From NCBI GenBank assembly GCA_049968515.1, contig JBMFQR010000006.1:6648-70647 (forward strand): a DNA stretch of 64,000 bases, given 5' to 3'. A model generated the notes under the pieces. The model ran no database searches, had not been told where the DNA came from, and saw only the letters and a list, made by a program, of their open reading frames with translations. The position numbers were made by a program, and so were the translations under genes. Positions 48,652 to 58,086 of the stretch are shown one piece after another. This stretch comes from Brevinematia bacterium. GTDB lineage: Bacteria; Spirochaetota; Brevinematia; Brevinematales; JAOACQ01. Position 1 is the stretch's first letter. Every line of letters begins with the position of its first letter.

Positions 48652-48680
48652 ATTATAATTGAAAATGGAATTTAACTCAA
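48652..48680 (-). promoter_or_regulatory. sigma70 promoter of nfnAB
   Basis: minus strand TTGAGT-17 bp-TATAAT. Confidence 0.65.
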
Positions 48681-48691
48681 GAAAGAAAAAG

Positions 48692-48723
48692 AAGGGGATT
48701 GCCCCTTTTCTGGCAATCCCCTT
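48692..48723 (-). terminator. intrinsic terminator of the FMN glutamate-synthase-family gene
   Basis: AAGGGGATTGCC-CCTTTTCT-GGCAATCCCCTT with U-rich tail on the minus strand. Confidence 0.85.
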
Positions 48724-48729
48724 TTTAAA

Positions 48730-50370
48730 CTAAGAATTTAGAATTTTTTTTGCACTTTCGTCAAGTACATCCGTAATGAATGGTATTTTTGTCTCTCTTT
48801 CTGTTTCTCTATTTGCAGAGAATAGATCATCTCTTGAGATTTCTTTGAGCGAGAATTTTCTTGCACCTGCCATAAGCTGTTGTAAACCAGCTGCAAGCTT
48901 ATCACAGAGAGTCCACATTGCTATAGCACCGAGAGGAATTTTTTTCATTTCGTTTTCACCAACCTTCTTCTGAACATCATAATATCCAGCAAATATCTCT
49001 TCAGGTTTTGAGCCAACCTCAGTTACGGAAGGTGGAAGTTTGTCCCAGTTGCCATTTATTTTTTCTCTTATTTCTGGATTCAAAGCACCCTGAATATTTG
49101 TCCCAACGAAGCCGGGTATCATAACAGCTCTTCCCATACACACAATCTTTGTGAATGGAGCACCAAGTGCCAGAGCTTTGAAAATATGATCTTCTCTCGC
49201 AAGTCCACCAGCAAAGGCAAGATCTACAACCTTTTTGCCTTTTGCTGCAAGAATTGAAGCATATTCGTAAGCTTTACTGTGCAGGAATATCGAAGGCACA
49301 CCCCAGGTTTCCATCATATTCCATGGGCTCATACCTGTACCACCACCAGAACCATCTATGGTCAATAAATCAAGTTTGGCTTCTGTTGCAAACTTTATTG
49401 ACATTGCTAAGGCTTCCATACCATAGGAACCAGTCTTTAAAGATATTCTCTTGTATCCGATTTTTCTCAAATGTTCTACTGCCTTCATAAATGCTTCTTC
49501 AACTGCTTGTGGATTTGAAAGGTCTGTATAGCCAAGTCTGCTATGTCTTGCAAAAGACTTTATTGCACCATGTTTGAAGGCTTCCTGAACTTCTGGCTTA
49601 GTAGGATCTGGATCCACAACATAACCCCTTTTCTTCAAGAAGATAGCATAGTCAATATCATTTACCTGTATCTCTCCTCCAATGTCCTTTGCTCCCTGCC
49701 CCCATTTTAACTCTATAATTGCTTTGTCACCATATTTTTCAATTACATATTCTGCAACCCCATTTCTTGTATCTTCAACATTCATCTGCACAATTATAGC
49801 ACCATATCCATCATAATACCTTAAAAAGGTTTCAATTCTCCTATCAAGCTCCGGAGCCTTCTTGATTTTTCCATTTGTTATTTCCGCCTGTTTGTCGATA
49901 CCAACAACATTTTCTCCCACAACTATGGGAATTCCAACCAGAGCCGCTCCTATAGCAAAAGATTCCCAGTATTTAGCAGCAATAAAAGTGGAGCCCAAAG
50001 CACCAGTCATTATTGGCATTCTTGCCTTTGTCATGACAGAACTACCAAATTCTGTTTCAATGTTTACATTAGGAAAGATGCAATCATCTGGAGAATTGGA
50101 TAAACCCTTTGGAAGACCATAAATGCCATAGTTATATCCCTGGATTCTCAAAGAATTATACGACACACCAATATGTGTGGTATTGGCACTACCAGCTGTT
50201 ACAAAACCAAAATCTCTCGGATAAAGCATCTTTCTTCCCTTCATGCTTGCCATAAAGGTTTCGCACTTTCCCTGACAATCAGCCCTGCAAAGGGTACAGA
50301 GACCGGATTCAGCCGGATTTCCTCTGTTAACAGTTCCTAATACATCATTTGTTTTTGGCCATTGGATCAT
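48730..50370 (-). CDS. FMN-binding glutamate synthase family protein (stand-alone, no amidotransferase domain)
   Basis: IELKWGQGAK.IGGE, DGSGGGTG, AGGL...FKALALGA, MGRA; N-terminal CTLCRADCQGKC Cys cluster. Confidence 0.88.
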   Translation of the reverse strand: MIQWPKTNDVLGTVNRGNPAESGLCTLCRADCQGKCETFMASMKGRKMLYPRDFGFVTAGSANTTHIGVSYNSLRIQGYNYGIYGLPKGLSNSPDDCIFPNVNIETEFGSSVMTKARMPIMTGALGSTFIAAKYWESFAIGAALVGIPIVVGENVVGIDKQAEITNGKIKKAPELDRRIETFLRYYDGYGAIIVQMNVEDTRNGVAEYVIEKYGDKAIIELKWGQGAKDIGGEIQVNDIDYAIFLKKRGYVVDPDPTKPEVQEAFKHGAIKSFARHSRLGYTDLSNPQAVEEAFMKAVEHLRKIGYKRISLKTGSYGMEALAMSIKFATEAKLDLLTIDGSGGGTGMSPWNMMETWGVPSIFLHSKAYEYASILAAKGKKVVDLAFAGGLAREDHIFKALALGAPFTKIVCMGRAVMIPGFVGTNIQGALNPEIREKINGNWDKLPPSVTEVGSKPEEIFAGYYDVQKKVGENEMKKIPLGAIAMWTLCDKLAAGLQQLMAGARKFSLKEISRDDLFSANRETERETKIPFITDVLDESAKKILNS

Positions 50371-50546
50371 AAAATTCCTCCTTTTTTTACAATAAACCTT
50401 TGTATTTATTATAAATAAAATCTAATATATCTCAAGGCTAAAAAGGTTTTGTGTAAGAAAAAAATGTCACACATTTCATAAAAAAAATTTGAAGCTTTTT
50501 AAGATACTTACATTAATAATATCATTGTCTTTGTAAAAGATTTTTC

Positions 50547-50563
50547 AGCAAATATTATACCAG
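50547..50563 (-). promoter_or_regulatory. candidate sigma54 (-24/-12) promoter, overlapping a possible sigma70 promoter
   Basis: minus strand CTGGTATAATATTTGCT = GG-N10-GC; also TTGCTT-16 bp-TATAAT. Confidence 0.55.
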
Positions 50564-50638
50564 CATTTGATTAATAAGCAAGTTCTTACTTTAGTTGAGA
50601 TAGGAACATGAATTTAGAGATTTGAAAACAGTGTTTTT

Positions 50639-50685
50639 TGTCTGAAATTTAGGCAAAAAAAATGCCTGTGCCTAAAATTTAGGCA
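50639..50685. promoter_or_regulatory. two tandem 17-bp palindromes (activator/enhancer sites)
   Basis: TGTCTGAAATTTAGGCA (50639) and TGCCTAAAATTTAGGCA (50669), 30 bp apart. Confidence 0.65.
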
Positions 50686-50837
50686 AAAATTGAAGGGTTT
50701 TAGGTCAACTCAACATCTTTAATGATGTGATGCGTGGACACCACTATAACTATAATAAGTACAAATAGTTTGAAAATTTTTAATTTTCTTCTTAAAATAT
50801 AATTTCTCTGATTATGGGATTGCCGAGAGGTAACATT

Positions 50838-52289
50838 ATGGTTAAAACACGTTTTGCACCTTCTCCTACAGGCAAACTGCATGTTGGTAATGTAAGGACC
50901 GCATTATTTGCTTATCTTTATGCAAGGCATACGGGAGGAAAATTTGTCTTGAGAATTGAGGATACAGATCTTGATAGATCTCACTCTAACTACATAGATA
51001 AATTGATAGAAGATTTAAGATGGCTTTCTCTTGACTGGGATGAGGGACCTATGGTTGGTGGTCCGGAAAAAAGCTATCTTCAGAGTGAAAGAATTGAGAT
51101 TTATAGGGAGTATGCTAATAAGCTAATAGAAGAAGGTAAAGCATATTACTGCTATTGTACTCCTGAAGAAATAGAAGCCGGTAAAAGAGAAATGGAAGCG
51201 GCTGGCAAAGGCCCGATTTACAATGGTAGATGTAGAAATCTCACTGCTTCTCAAAGAAGGCAATTTGAGAGTGAAGGCAGAAAGCCAGTCGTAAGGTTTA
51301 TGGCTTATAAAGAGGATTTTTCTATTAATGACCTTGTTAAGGGAGAGGTAATCTTTCCACGTGGTATGGTTGGAGATTTTGTGATATTAAGAGCAAATGG
51401 TCTGCCAGTCTACAACTATGCCGTTGTTGTAGATGATGCCTTAATGGGCATCACTCATGTGATAAGGGCAGATGAGCATCTGTCAAATACGGTGAGGCAA
51501 CTAATGATTTACAAAGCACTTGGATTTAAGGTGCCAGAATTTGCCCACCTTGCCCTTGTCCTTGGTCCTGACAGGCAGAAGCTTTCAAAAAGGCACGGAG
51601 CCACAAGCGTTGATGAGTTTAGAAAGGCAGGTTATCTGCCTGAAGCACTTATAAACTATCTTGCCTTACTTGGATGGTCAAGTCCCGATGAGAAGGAGAT
51701 TTTATCACGAGATGAACTCATAAAGGCTTTCGATTTGAGCAGGGTTTCTCCGAGCCCAGCTATATTTGATATAGACAAACTGAACTGGATTTCAAAGCAT
51801 TATATAATCAACTACGATCCGGACAGATTATTTGAGCTTGCATTGCCATATATTAAAGAGACTGGACTTGTCGAAGAAAATTTAGATGAAGAGAAACTGA
51901 ATTTTTTAAGAGCGGTTGTCGAGATTGTAAAGGGCTATTGTTCACATCTATCTGAAATAAAGGAGCATATTGATTATTTTCTCACTGATGATTTTGAGAT
52001 CTCAAAAGAAGCTAAAGAGATACTTGCAAAGCCAGAATCGAGAACCGTGCTTTTACGCTTTAAAGAAGAACTGGAAAAGGAGAATAGGCCAGTTGTAGAC
52101 AGTGTCTTTGCTGAGATGGCAAAAAAAATAATCGGGGAAACTAAAATAAAAGGCAAAGGCTTCTTTCTCCCGATAAGGGCAGCAATAACTGGCAGAATTA
52201 ATGGGCCTGAAATTTACTTTATACTTCCTGTAATCGGGAAGGAAAGGACAATAAAAAGACTTCAGAGGGTGCTAGAGAATGAATTATAA
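50838..52289 (+). CDS. gltX: glutamate--tRNA ligase
   Basis: TRFAPSPTG.LHVGN, LRIEDTD, KLSKRHG; anticodon domain present. Confidence 0.96.
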   Translation: MVKTRFAPSPTGKLHVGNVRTALFAYLYARHTGGKFVLRIEDTDLDRSHSNYIDKLIEDLRWLSLDWDEGPMVGGPEKSYLQSERIEIYREYANKLIEEGKAYYCYCTPEEIEAGKREMEAAGKGPIYNGRCRNLTASQRRQFESEGRKPVVRFMAYKEDFSINDLVKGEVIFPRGMVGDFVILRANGLPVYNYAVVVDDALMGITHVIRADEHLSNTVRQLMIYKALGFKVPEFAHLALVLGPDRQKLSKRHGATSVDEFRKAGYLPEALINYLALLGWSSPDEKEILSRDELIKAFDLSRVSPSPAIFDIDKLNWISKHYIINYDPDRLFELALPYIKETGLVEENLDEEKLNFLRAVVEIVKGYCSHLSEIKEHIDYFLTDDFEISKEAKEILAKPESRTVLLRFKEELEKENRPVVDSVFAEMAKKIIGETKIKGKGFFLPIRAAITGRINGPEIYFILPVIGKERTIKRLQRVLENEL

Positions 52290-53031
52290 AATAAAAGGTG
52301 TAATCTTTGATTTTGACGGAACACTTGTAGATAGTGAAAAAAATTATTTTATATCTGATAGAGAGTTTTTAAGAGAATTTGGTATTGAATTTACACCGGA
52401 AATGCAAAAAGAAGTAAGTGGTATGGGAAATTTAGCTTTTATAAAGAAGTTAAAGCTCGAATACGGAATAGAAGATGATGAGGAAGGGCTTCTAAAAAGA
52501 AAGAATGAATACTATCTTAAAGTTGCAAGAAATAATACTAATGTTTATCCGGAAATGAAAAGATTTCTTGAGCTTCTAAAAGAAAATGATTTTAAAACAG
52601 GATTGGCTTCGGGTTCATCTCCTGAAATACTTGAAATATTGCTAAATGAGACTGAATTAAAAGGGTATTTTGATGTTGTGATTTCCTCTGAATCCGAAAG
52701 AGTTAAAAATGGGAAGCCATATCCTGATATATATCTCGAATCGGCAAGAAGTTTAAATTTAAGGCCAGATGAATGTGTTGCAGTGGAGGATTCAAAATAT
52801 GGAGTTGAAGCTGCAAAAAATGCCGGGATGAAATGTATAGCAGTGCCCTATATAACTGAAAAGCCACTTCCTCCTATATTCTATAAGGCAGATTTGCTTT
52901 TTGAAGGTGGAATAAAGGAATTTGATAGCAGTATGGCACTCACAACAATTATGAATGACTTTAACATAGAAAAAAAGAATGAATTAAAATTTAAAGCCTC
53001 TGGTTTTAATCTAACTCTGGCAGAAGAGTAA
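52279..53031 (+). CDS. HAD family phosphatase (beta-phosphoglucomutase-like)
   Basis: FDFDGTLVDSE, GKPYPDIY, VEDSKYGVEAA. Confidence 0.9.
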   Translation: MNYKIKGVIFDFDGTLVDSEKNYFISDREFLREFGIEFTPEMQKEVSGMGNLAFIKKLKLEYGIEDDEEGLLKRKNEYYLKVARNNTNVYPEMKRFLELLKENDFKTGLASGSSPEILEILLNETELKGYFDVVISSESERVKNGKPYPDIYLESARSLNLRPDECVAVEDSKYGVEAAKNAGMKCIAVPYITEKPLPPIFYKADLLFEGGIKEFDSSMALTTIMNDFNIEKKNELKFKASGFNLTLAEE

Positions 53032-53044
53032 TAATGGAGTAAAA

Positions 53045-54778
53045 ATGAGATATTTATTTTTATCTTTAATATTTGTTTTTTGTTTTAATTCTGTCTTCTG
53101 TAAGGACTATCTTTCTATTGATGAAATAAAGCCCGGAATGAAGGGTTATGGGCTTTCTGTTTTCAAGGGATGGGAGCCAGAGAAGTTTGATGTTGAGATT
53201 ATAGATGTGATAAAGAACACCTCACCAAAGAGATCCTACATTCTTGCCAGATTAAGCGGGCAGAATCTTGAAAAAACCGGTGTCATAGCCGGTATGAGCG
53301 GAAGCCCGGTATACGTTGATGGTAAGATTGTGGGGGCTGTGGCCTATACTTGGAGCTTTTCAAAAGAGCCAATCTGTGGGATTACTCCACTTGAAAATAT
53401 GCTTGAAGAGAAAAAATACGTGAGGTCGAAAGAAAAACAGCTTTCGGGAGAAAATGATAAATTTTTCAAGAAAATCACAACTCCAATTTTCATAAGTGGA
53501 TTTCCGGGACCTGTAAAATCCTATCTGGAAAGCTTTTTTAGTACAAATACTTTTTTAAATCCGGTAATGATACTTGAAAGTAGCAAAATGAGTGATTCCT
53601 CATTAAAAAACACTGAGAGAACACTGAAGCCGGGAGATGCTGTGGCAATAAATCTTGTCGAGGGCGACCTGAATTTAGAGGCCATAGGAACTGTAACTTA
53701 CACGAATAATGATGAGGTTTTTATTTTTGGTCATCCGATGAATGGGGATGGATTTGTTTCGCTGCCAATCTCAAGGGGTTATATCTTTACTACAATTCCA
53801 TCAAGTTATCTTTCATTTAAGCTCGGGGCTTCTTCGACACCAGTTGGCAGCACGGTATATGACGGCCAGAATGCAGTCTATTGCAGAACTGGCAAAGAGG
53901 CTGATATGGTCCCTTTTTATGTAACTGTAAGAGAGGGAGAGGTGAAAAATTCATATAGCTTTAATGTTGTTGACAATAAAAATTTCTTTCCAAATCTTTC
54001 CACAGCTGCACTTGTGGCATCCATACTTAATCAGACTGGCTATATGGATGAAAAAAGAATAAATATGAGCTTTTTACTCAATTTCAAGGCATCCGGGAAA
54101 GATTATGCTATCACAAACAAAATTGTTTATTCATATTACCCTTCATTCTATAATTTTTTATCACTTGTTTCAGATTTGAATTCATTCTTCTCAATTTTTT
54201 ATTATAATGAAATATCAGATCTTAAAATCTCGAAATGTCTTGTTGATATTGAGATAGAGCCAGAGGCATTCTATTATGTATTGGACAGTGCCGGTATAGA
54301 TAGAAAAATTTATGAACCCGGAGATATGATAAGACTTAAGGTTGTCATGAAAGCCTTCAAGGGTAACTATATTACAAAGTTTTTGTATTTAAAAATTCCA
54401 GACGATATTAAAAATGGCCAGTATAATCTCATCGTTGGAAGTGAAGCAGCAGTTTATTCAGAATTGAGAAGGAGCTTTCCTTTTTATTTCAGAATAGCCG
54501 GGATTGAAGATTTGATTTACTGGGGTAGTTTTAAAATAAATCCAGCCAATCTTGTTGCAGCAATAGTTATACCAAGACAGGGAATTGTTGTGCTGGACAA
54601 AAAACTTACCTCATTTCCAGAGGTTTATGCTGATTTCTTCCAGTCAACAACGGATAAGACGTATATCCCTGTTTTCCCTGAAGTGTTTTCTCAAACAATC
54701 AGTATGGACGGGACTGTTTTTAGTTCCTTCAGACTGATTTTTAATGTCGGGCAGGTAAAAACCGAGCGTCAGGAGTAA
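53045..54778 (+). CDS. exported SpoIVB-like peptidase S55 domain protein
   Basis: signal peptide; GMKGYGLSVF, GVIAGMSGSPVY, GTVT...FGHP. Confidence 0.85.
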   Translation: MRYLFLSLIFVFCFNSVFCKDYLSIDEIKPGMKGYGLSVFKGWEPEKFDVEIIDVIKNTSPKRSYILARLSGQNLEKTGVIAGMSGSPVYVDGKIVGAVAYTWSFSKEPICGITPLENMLEEKKYVRSKEKQLSGENDKFFKKITTPIFISGFPGPVKSYLESFFSTNTFLNPVMILESSKMSDSSLKNTERTLKPGDAVAINLVEGDLNLEAIGTVTYTNNDEVFIFGHPMNGDGFVSLPISRGYIFTTIPSSYLSFKLGASSTPVGSTVYDGQNAVYCRTGKEADMVPFYVTVREGEVKNSYSFNVVDNKNFFPNLSTAALVASILNQTGYMDEKRINMSFLLNFKASGKDYAITNKIVYSYYPSFYNFLSLVSDLNSFFSIFYYNEISDLKISKCLVDIEIEPEAFYYVLDSAGIDRKIYEPGDMIRLKVVMKAFKGNYITKFLYLKIPDDIKNGQYNLIVGSEAAVYSELRRSFPFYFRIAGIEDLIYWGSFKINPANLVAAIVIPRQGIVVLDKKLTSFPEVYADFFQSTTDKTYIPVFPEVFSQTISMDGTVFSSFRLIFNVGQVKTERQE

Positions 54779-54781
54779 ATT

Positions 54782-55369
54782 ATGGAAAAATTCTGGACTA
54801 TACCAAACATTCTTTCAATAACAAGAATAATTTTAATAATTCCAATAGTTAACCAGCTACGAATGAACACACCGCAATCAAATCTTATTTCATTTTTTCT
54901 CATTTCAATTGCATATCTGACAGATTTTCTGGACGGATTTTTTGCAAGAAGATTTAAAATGAATAGTAGCATAGGAAGGATTCTTGATCCAGTTGGGGAT
55001 AAGCTTCTTGCCATTACTGTTTCGGCAGTTCTGTATATAAACAAAAAGTTGCCATTCTATTTTTTTATTTTAATTCTACTGAGAGACTTGACAATATCAC
55101 TTGGGGCAATGTATGCAATAAATGTCCGCGGTAAGATTTTGCTTCCCATCTTTGCGGGCAAGCTAACAACGGCTGTCCTTGGTGTTGTTCTTTCTATCTA
55201 TCCTTTAAGATATGCTGATGTTTTTAAACAGGATGGTTTCATAATAAATGCTCTTGAAATATTAAGATACTATGGGACATTTATCTCCTCATTTTTGCTT
55301 TTTACGTCGGGGATAATGTATGTTGTTTATTATTTTGAGATTTTTCTTGAAAAAAAGAAGACAAACTGA
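54782..55369 (+). CDS. CDP-alcohol phosphatidyltransferase (PgsA-like)
   Basis: PNILSITR, TDFLDGFFAR..GRILDPVGDK. Confidence 0.92.
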   Translation: MEKFWTIPNILSITRIILIIPIVNQLRMNTPQSNLISFFLISIAYLTDFLDGFFARRFKMNSSIGRILDPVGDKLLAITVSAVLYINKKLPFYFFILILLRDLTISLGAMYAINVRGKILLPIFAGKLTTAVLGVVLSIYPLRYADVFKQDGFIINALEILRYYGTFISSFLLFTSGIMYVVYYFEIFLEKKKTN

Positions 55370-55384
55370 TACTGGAGAATTGCA

Positions 55385-56599
55385 ATGAAATATGTTGTAT
55401 TTCTGCTTGATGGAATGGCTGATTATCCCCTTGAAGAACTCGGAAATAAGACTCCACTTGAGTTTGCAAATACCCCAGTAATTGATAGTCTTGCTAAAAA
55501 TGCCACCTTTGGCACATTTATCAGTCTTCCAGAAGGATTTCCTACTTCATCAGATGTGGCCAACCTTTCAGTACTTGGCTGGGATTTGAAAAGCTGCTAT
55601 ACCGGCAGGGGAGCTATTGAGACATATGGGGCTGGACTGTCAATGGATGAAAAAACCGTGGCTTTCAGGGTAAACCTTATAACAGAAAGAGATGGAATAT
55701 TGCTTGATTATTCAGCAGGACATATTTCAAACGAAGAAGCCAGAATTCTCATAGAAACCATAAACGAAAGGTTCGGTAGTGAAAAGATAATCTTTTACAA
55801 TGGAGTAAGCTACAGACACCTCTTACATTTGAAGGGAGAGGAATTTTCACCTGATATAGAGTATGAAAAGCCTGATTCCTCTCATGGCCTCGAATGGAAA
55901 AAGATTTTGCCACGGGCAAAAAATCCGGATGCAAAATTGACAGAAGAGGTTTTACTTGAGCTTATTTACAAATCCAGAGAAATTCTTTTAAAACACCCGG
56001 TAAACTTAAAAAGAATAGATGAAAACAAATATCCCGCAAACCTTATATGGCCATGGTCTGGTGGTAAAAAGCCAGATATGCCCTCCTTTGAAAGCATGTA
56101 TGGTAAAAAGGGAGCTATTATTTCGGCAGTGGATGTTATTCTTGGAATTGGAAGACTCGGTGAAATGGAGGTTTGCAAGCCAGAAGGGGCAACTGGCTTT
56201 ATTGACACAAACTACGAAAACAAGGCTAAAGCCGCTGTAGAGTTGCTACAGAGGAATGATTTTGTCTATATCCATCTTGAAGCTATAGATGAATGTGGGC
56301 ATTTAGGGGATTTAGGTCTGAAAATAAAAGCGATTGAGGAAGCAGATAGAAGGCTTATAAACACATTTTTAACAGAGTATGAAAAAGGCGTTGGTGAGCC
56401 TTTAAGAATAATGATTCTTCCGGATCACCCAGTGCCTGTAAAGCTTAGAAAACACACACGGGATCCTGTTCCTTTTATGCTCTGTGGCAAAGGGATAGAA
56501 GCCGACGAAAATATAAAATCTTATAGTGAGAAAAACTGCCTTTCCGGAAGGTATACAGGTCTTAAAGGCAGAGAGCTTATGGAGCTATTGTTTAAGTAG
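55385..56599 (+). CDS. apgM: cofactor-independent phosphoglycerate mutase (ApgM type)
   Basis: DGMAD, TPLE.A.TP, SDVANLS, DECGH, PDHP.P...HT.DPVP. Confidence 0.88.
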   Translation: MKYVVFLLDGMADYPLEELGNKTPLEFANTPVIDSLAKNATFGTFISLPEGFPTSSDVANLSVLGWDLKSCYTGRGAIETYGAGLSMDEKTVAFRVNLITERDGILLDYSAGHISNEEARILIETINERFGSEKIIFYNGVSYRHLLHLKGEEFSPDIEYEKPDSSHGLEWKKILPRAKNPDAKLTEEVLLELIYKSREILLKHPVNLKRIDENKYPANLIWPWSGGKKPDMPSFESMYGKKGAIISAVDVILGIGRLGEMEVCKPEGATGFIDTNYENKAKAAVELLQRNDFVYIHLEAIDECGHLGDLGLKIKAIEEADRRLINTFLTEYEKGVGEPLRIMILPDHPVPVKLRKHTRDPVPFMLCGKGIEADENIKSYSEKNCLSGRYTGLKGRELMELLFK

Positions 56600-56645
56600 G
56601 TATAAGTAATTATACTGAATTGCCTGTAGCAGTCCAATAAATTAG

Positions 56646-57455
56646 GTGGGCATTATGTTTGAAAAATATCTAAATGTGGCGATTGAGGCAGCCATAAAGG
56701 CTGGTAAGATAATTGAAGAGGGGTTTTATTCCATAAAGGATATAAAGTACAAAAGCTTTGCAAACCCTGTCACAGAATTTGATGTGGCATCAGAAAAAAG
56801 GGTTGTCGATATAATTCTCAGCCGGTTTAAAAATCACTCCATTCTTGCTGAGGAAAAGTATTCATCGAGGGAGAAAAGTGAGTTTATCTGGATTATAGAT
56901 CCAATCGATGGCACTGTGAATTTTACCCATCAGATTCCTTTTGTTGCAATATCAATTGCACTTGAGATTGAAAAAGATATTGTGCTTGGAGTGGTTTATA
57001 ATCCCATTCTGAAGGAAATGTTCACTGCCGTCAAAGGAGAAGGAGCTTTTCTTTCCTCAGCTAAATTCGAAAAGAAAAGGCTTGCTGTTTCTGATGAGAG
57101 AGACCCTGCCAGATCGCTTATTGTGACTGGTTTTCCCTATGAAAGAGAGGGGAGAATAAATTATCTCACACAACCGATCGATGAGATTAACAGAAATTTT
57201 ACAGGTTTTAGAAGGCTCGGATCAGCAGCTATAGATCTGGCATATGTAGCAAAGGGAAGCTTTGAGGCATTTTACGAAGAGAATCTAAAACCATGGGATA
57301 CTGCGGCTGGTGTACTCCTCGTTAAAGAAGCTGGCGGAAAGGTTACAAACTACTATGGTGAGGAATATGATATCTACCAGAAGACCATTGTAGCTTCAAA
57401 TGTTCATATACATAATAGAGTTATTGAGTTTACATCAAAGATACCTTCCCCCTGA
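56646..57455 (+). CDS. suhB: inositol monophosphatase family protein
   Basis: WIIDPIDGTVNF, RRLGSAAIDL, PWDTAAG. Confidence 0.9.
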   Translation: MGIMFEKYLNVAIEAAIKAGKIIEEGFYSIKDIKYKSFANPVTEFDVASEKRVVDIILSRFKNHSILAEEKYSSREKSEFIWIIDPIDGTVNFTHQIPFVAISIALEIEKDIVLGVVYNPILKEMFTAVKGEGAFLSSAKFEKKRLAVSDERDPARSLIVTGFPYEREGRINYLTQPIDEINRNFTGFRRLGSAAIDLAYVAKGSFEAFYEENLKPWDTAAGVLLVKEAGGKVTNYYGEEYDIYQKTIVASNVHIHNRVIEFTSKIPSP

Positions 57456-57458
57456 CAT

Positions 57459-57905
57459 TTAGAAATAATATCTTACTCCAATTCCAGCATTTCCAGCCAG
57501 TGTGGTTGCAGGAAAAACATTTACCACTGGAACCACTTCAAGAAAAACCTCAAGATTTATTGACCTGAAAAGATATCCAGCTCCAACCGGTACTCTGATT
57601 CCAGCACGGAACCTTTCAGAGATATTTACAAGGGCACCGCCTCCTACATAGGGATAAAAGTCTTTAAATTCACCTTTAAAAACCTCTCTAAAATGCCACA
57701 GATAATCTATATGAACTCTGAATGAAGCCTCTCTTTCAAATGACCACGCAAGCGCAATATCAATACCCGAATTTTTGTCAATCCAGTATTTCATGCTTAT
57801 TCCGGTGGGTTCTCCAGCAATTAATCCTATGCCAAAATTAGATTCTTTTGAGTAAGCAGATAAAGAAAAGAGAATAAGAAAGATTAGAAGAAAAAACTTT
57901 CTCAT
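57459..57905 (-). CDS. small outer-membrane beta-barrel (DUF3996-like)
   Basis: signal peptide; GIGLIAGEPTGIS.KYW, GIRVPVG, VFLE..P, GIGVRYYF. Confidence 0.75.
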   Translation of the reverse strand: MRKFFLLIFLILFSLSAYSKESNFGIGLIAGEPTGISMKYWIDKNSGIDIALAWSFEREASFRVHIDYLWHFREVFKGEFKDFYPYVGGGALVNISERFRAGIRVPVGAGYLFRSINLEVFLEVVPVVNVFPATTLAGNAGIGVRYYF

Positions 57906-58020
57906 TTGTCAACTCCCTTTCAGATTTTTAGTAGAAAATTCTACTATAACTGTTGAGGGTTGTCAAAAAATGGAGCAGTAAAAATTATTTTTTCTTTATA
58001 AGTTTTTTTACAAAAATTCA

Positions 58021-58071
58021 GGGCAGAGCTTCCCAAAATCTAAGAAACTGACTTTTTGGAAAGCCCAGCCC
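58021..58071 (-). terminator. imperfect hairpin after degP
   Basis: GGGC..GCTTCCCAAAA...TTTTGGAAAGC..GCCC. Confidence 0.5.
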
Positions 58072-58086
58072 ATAAGTCAAAGTTTG

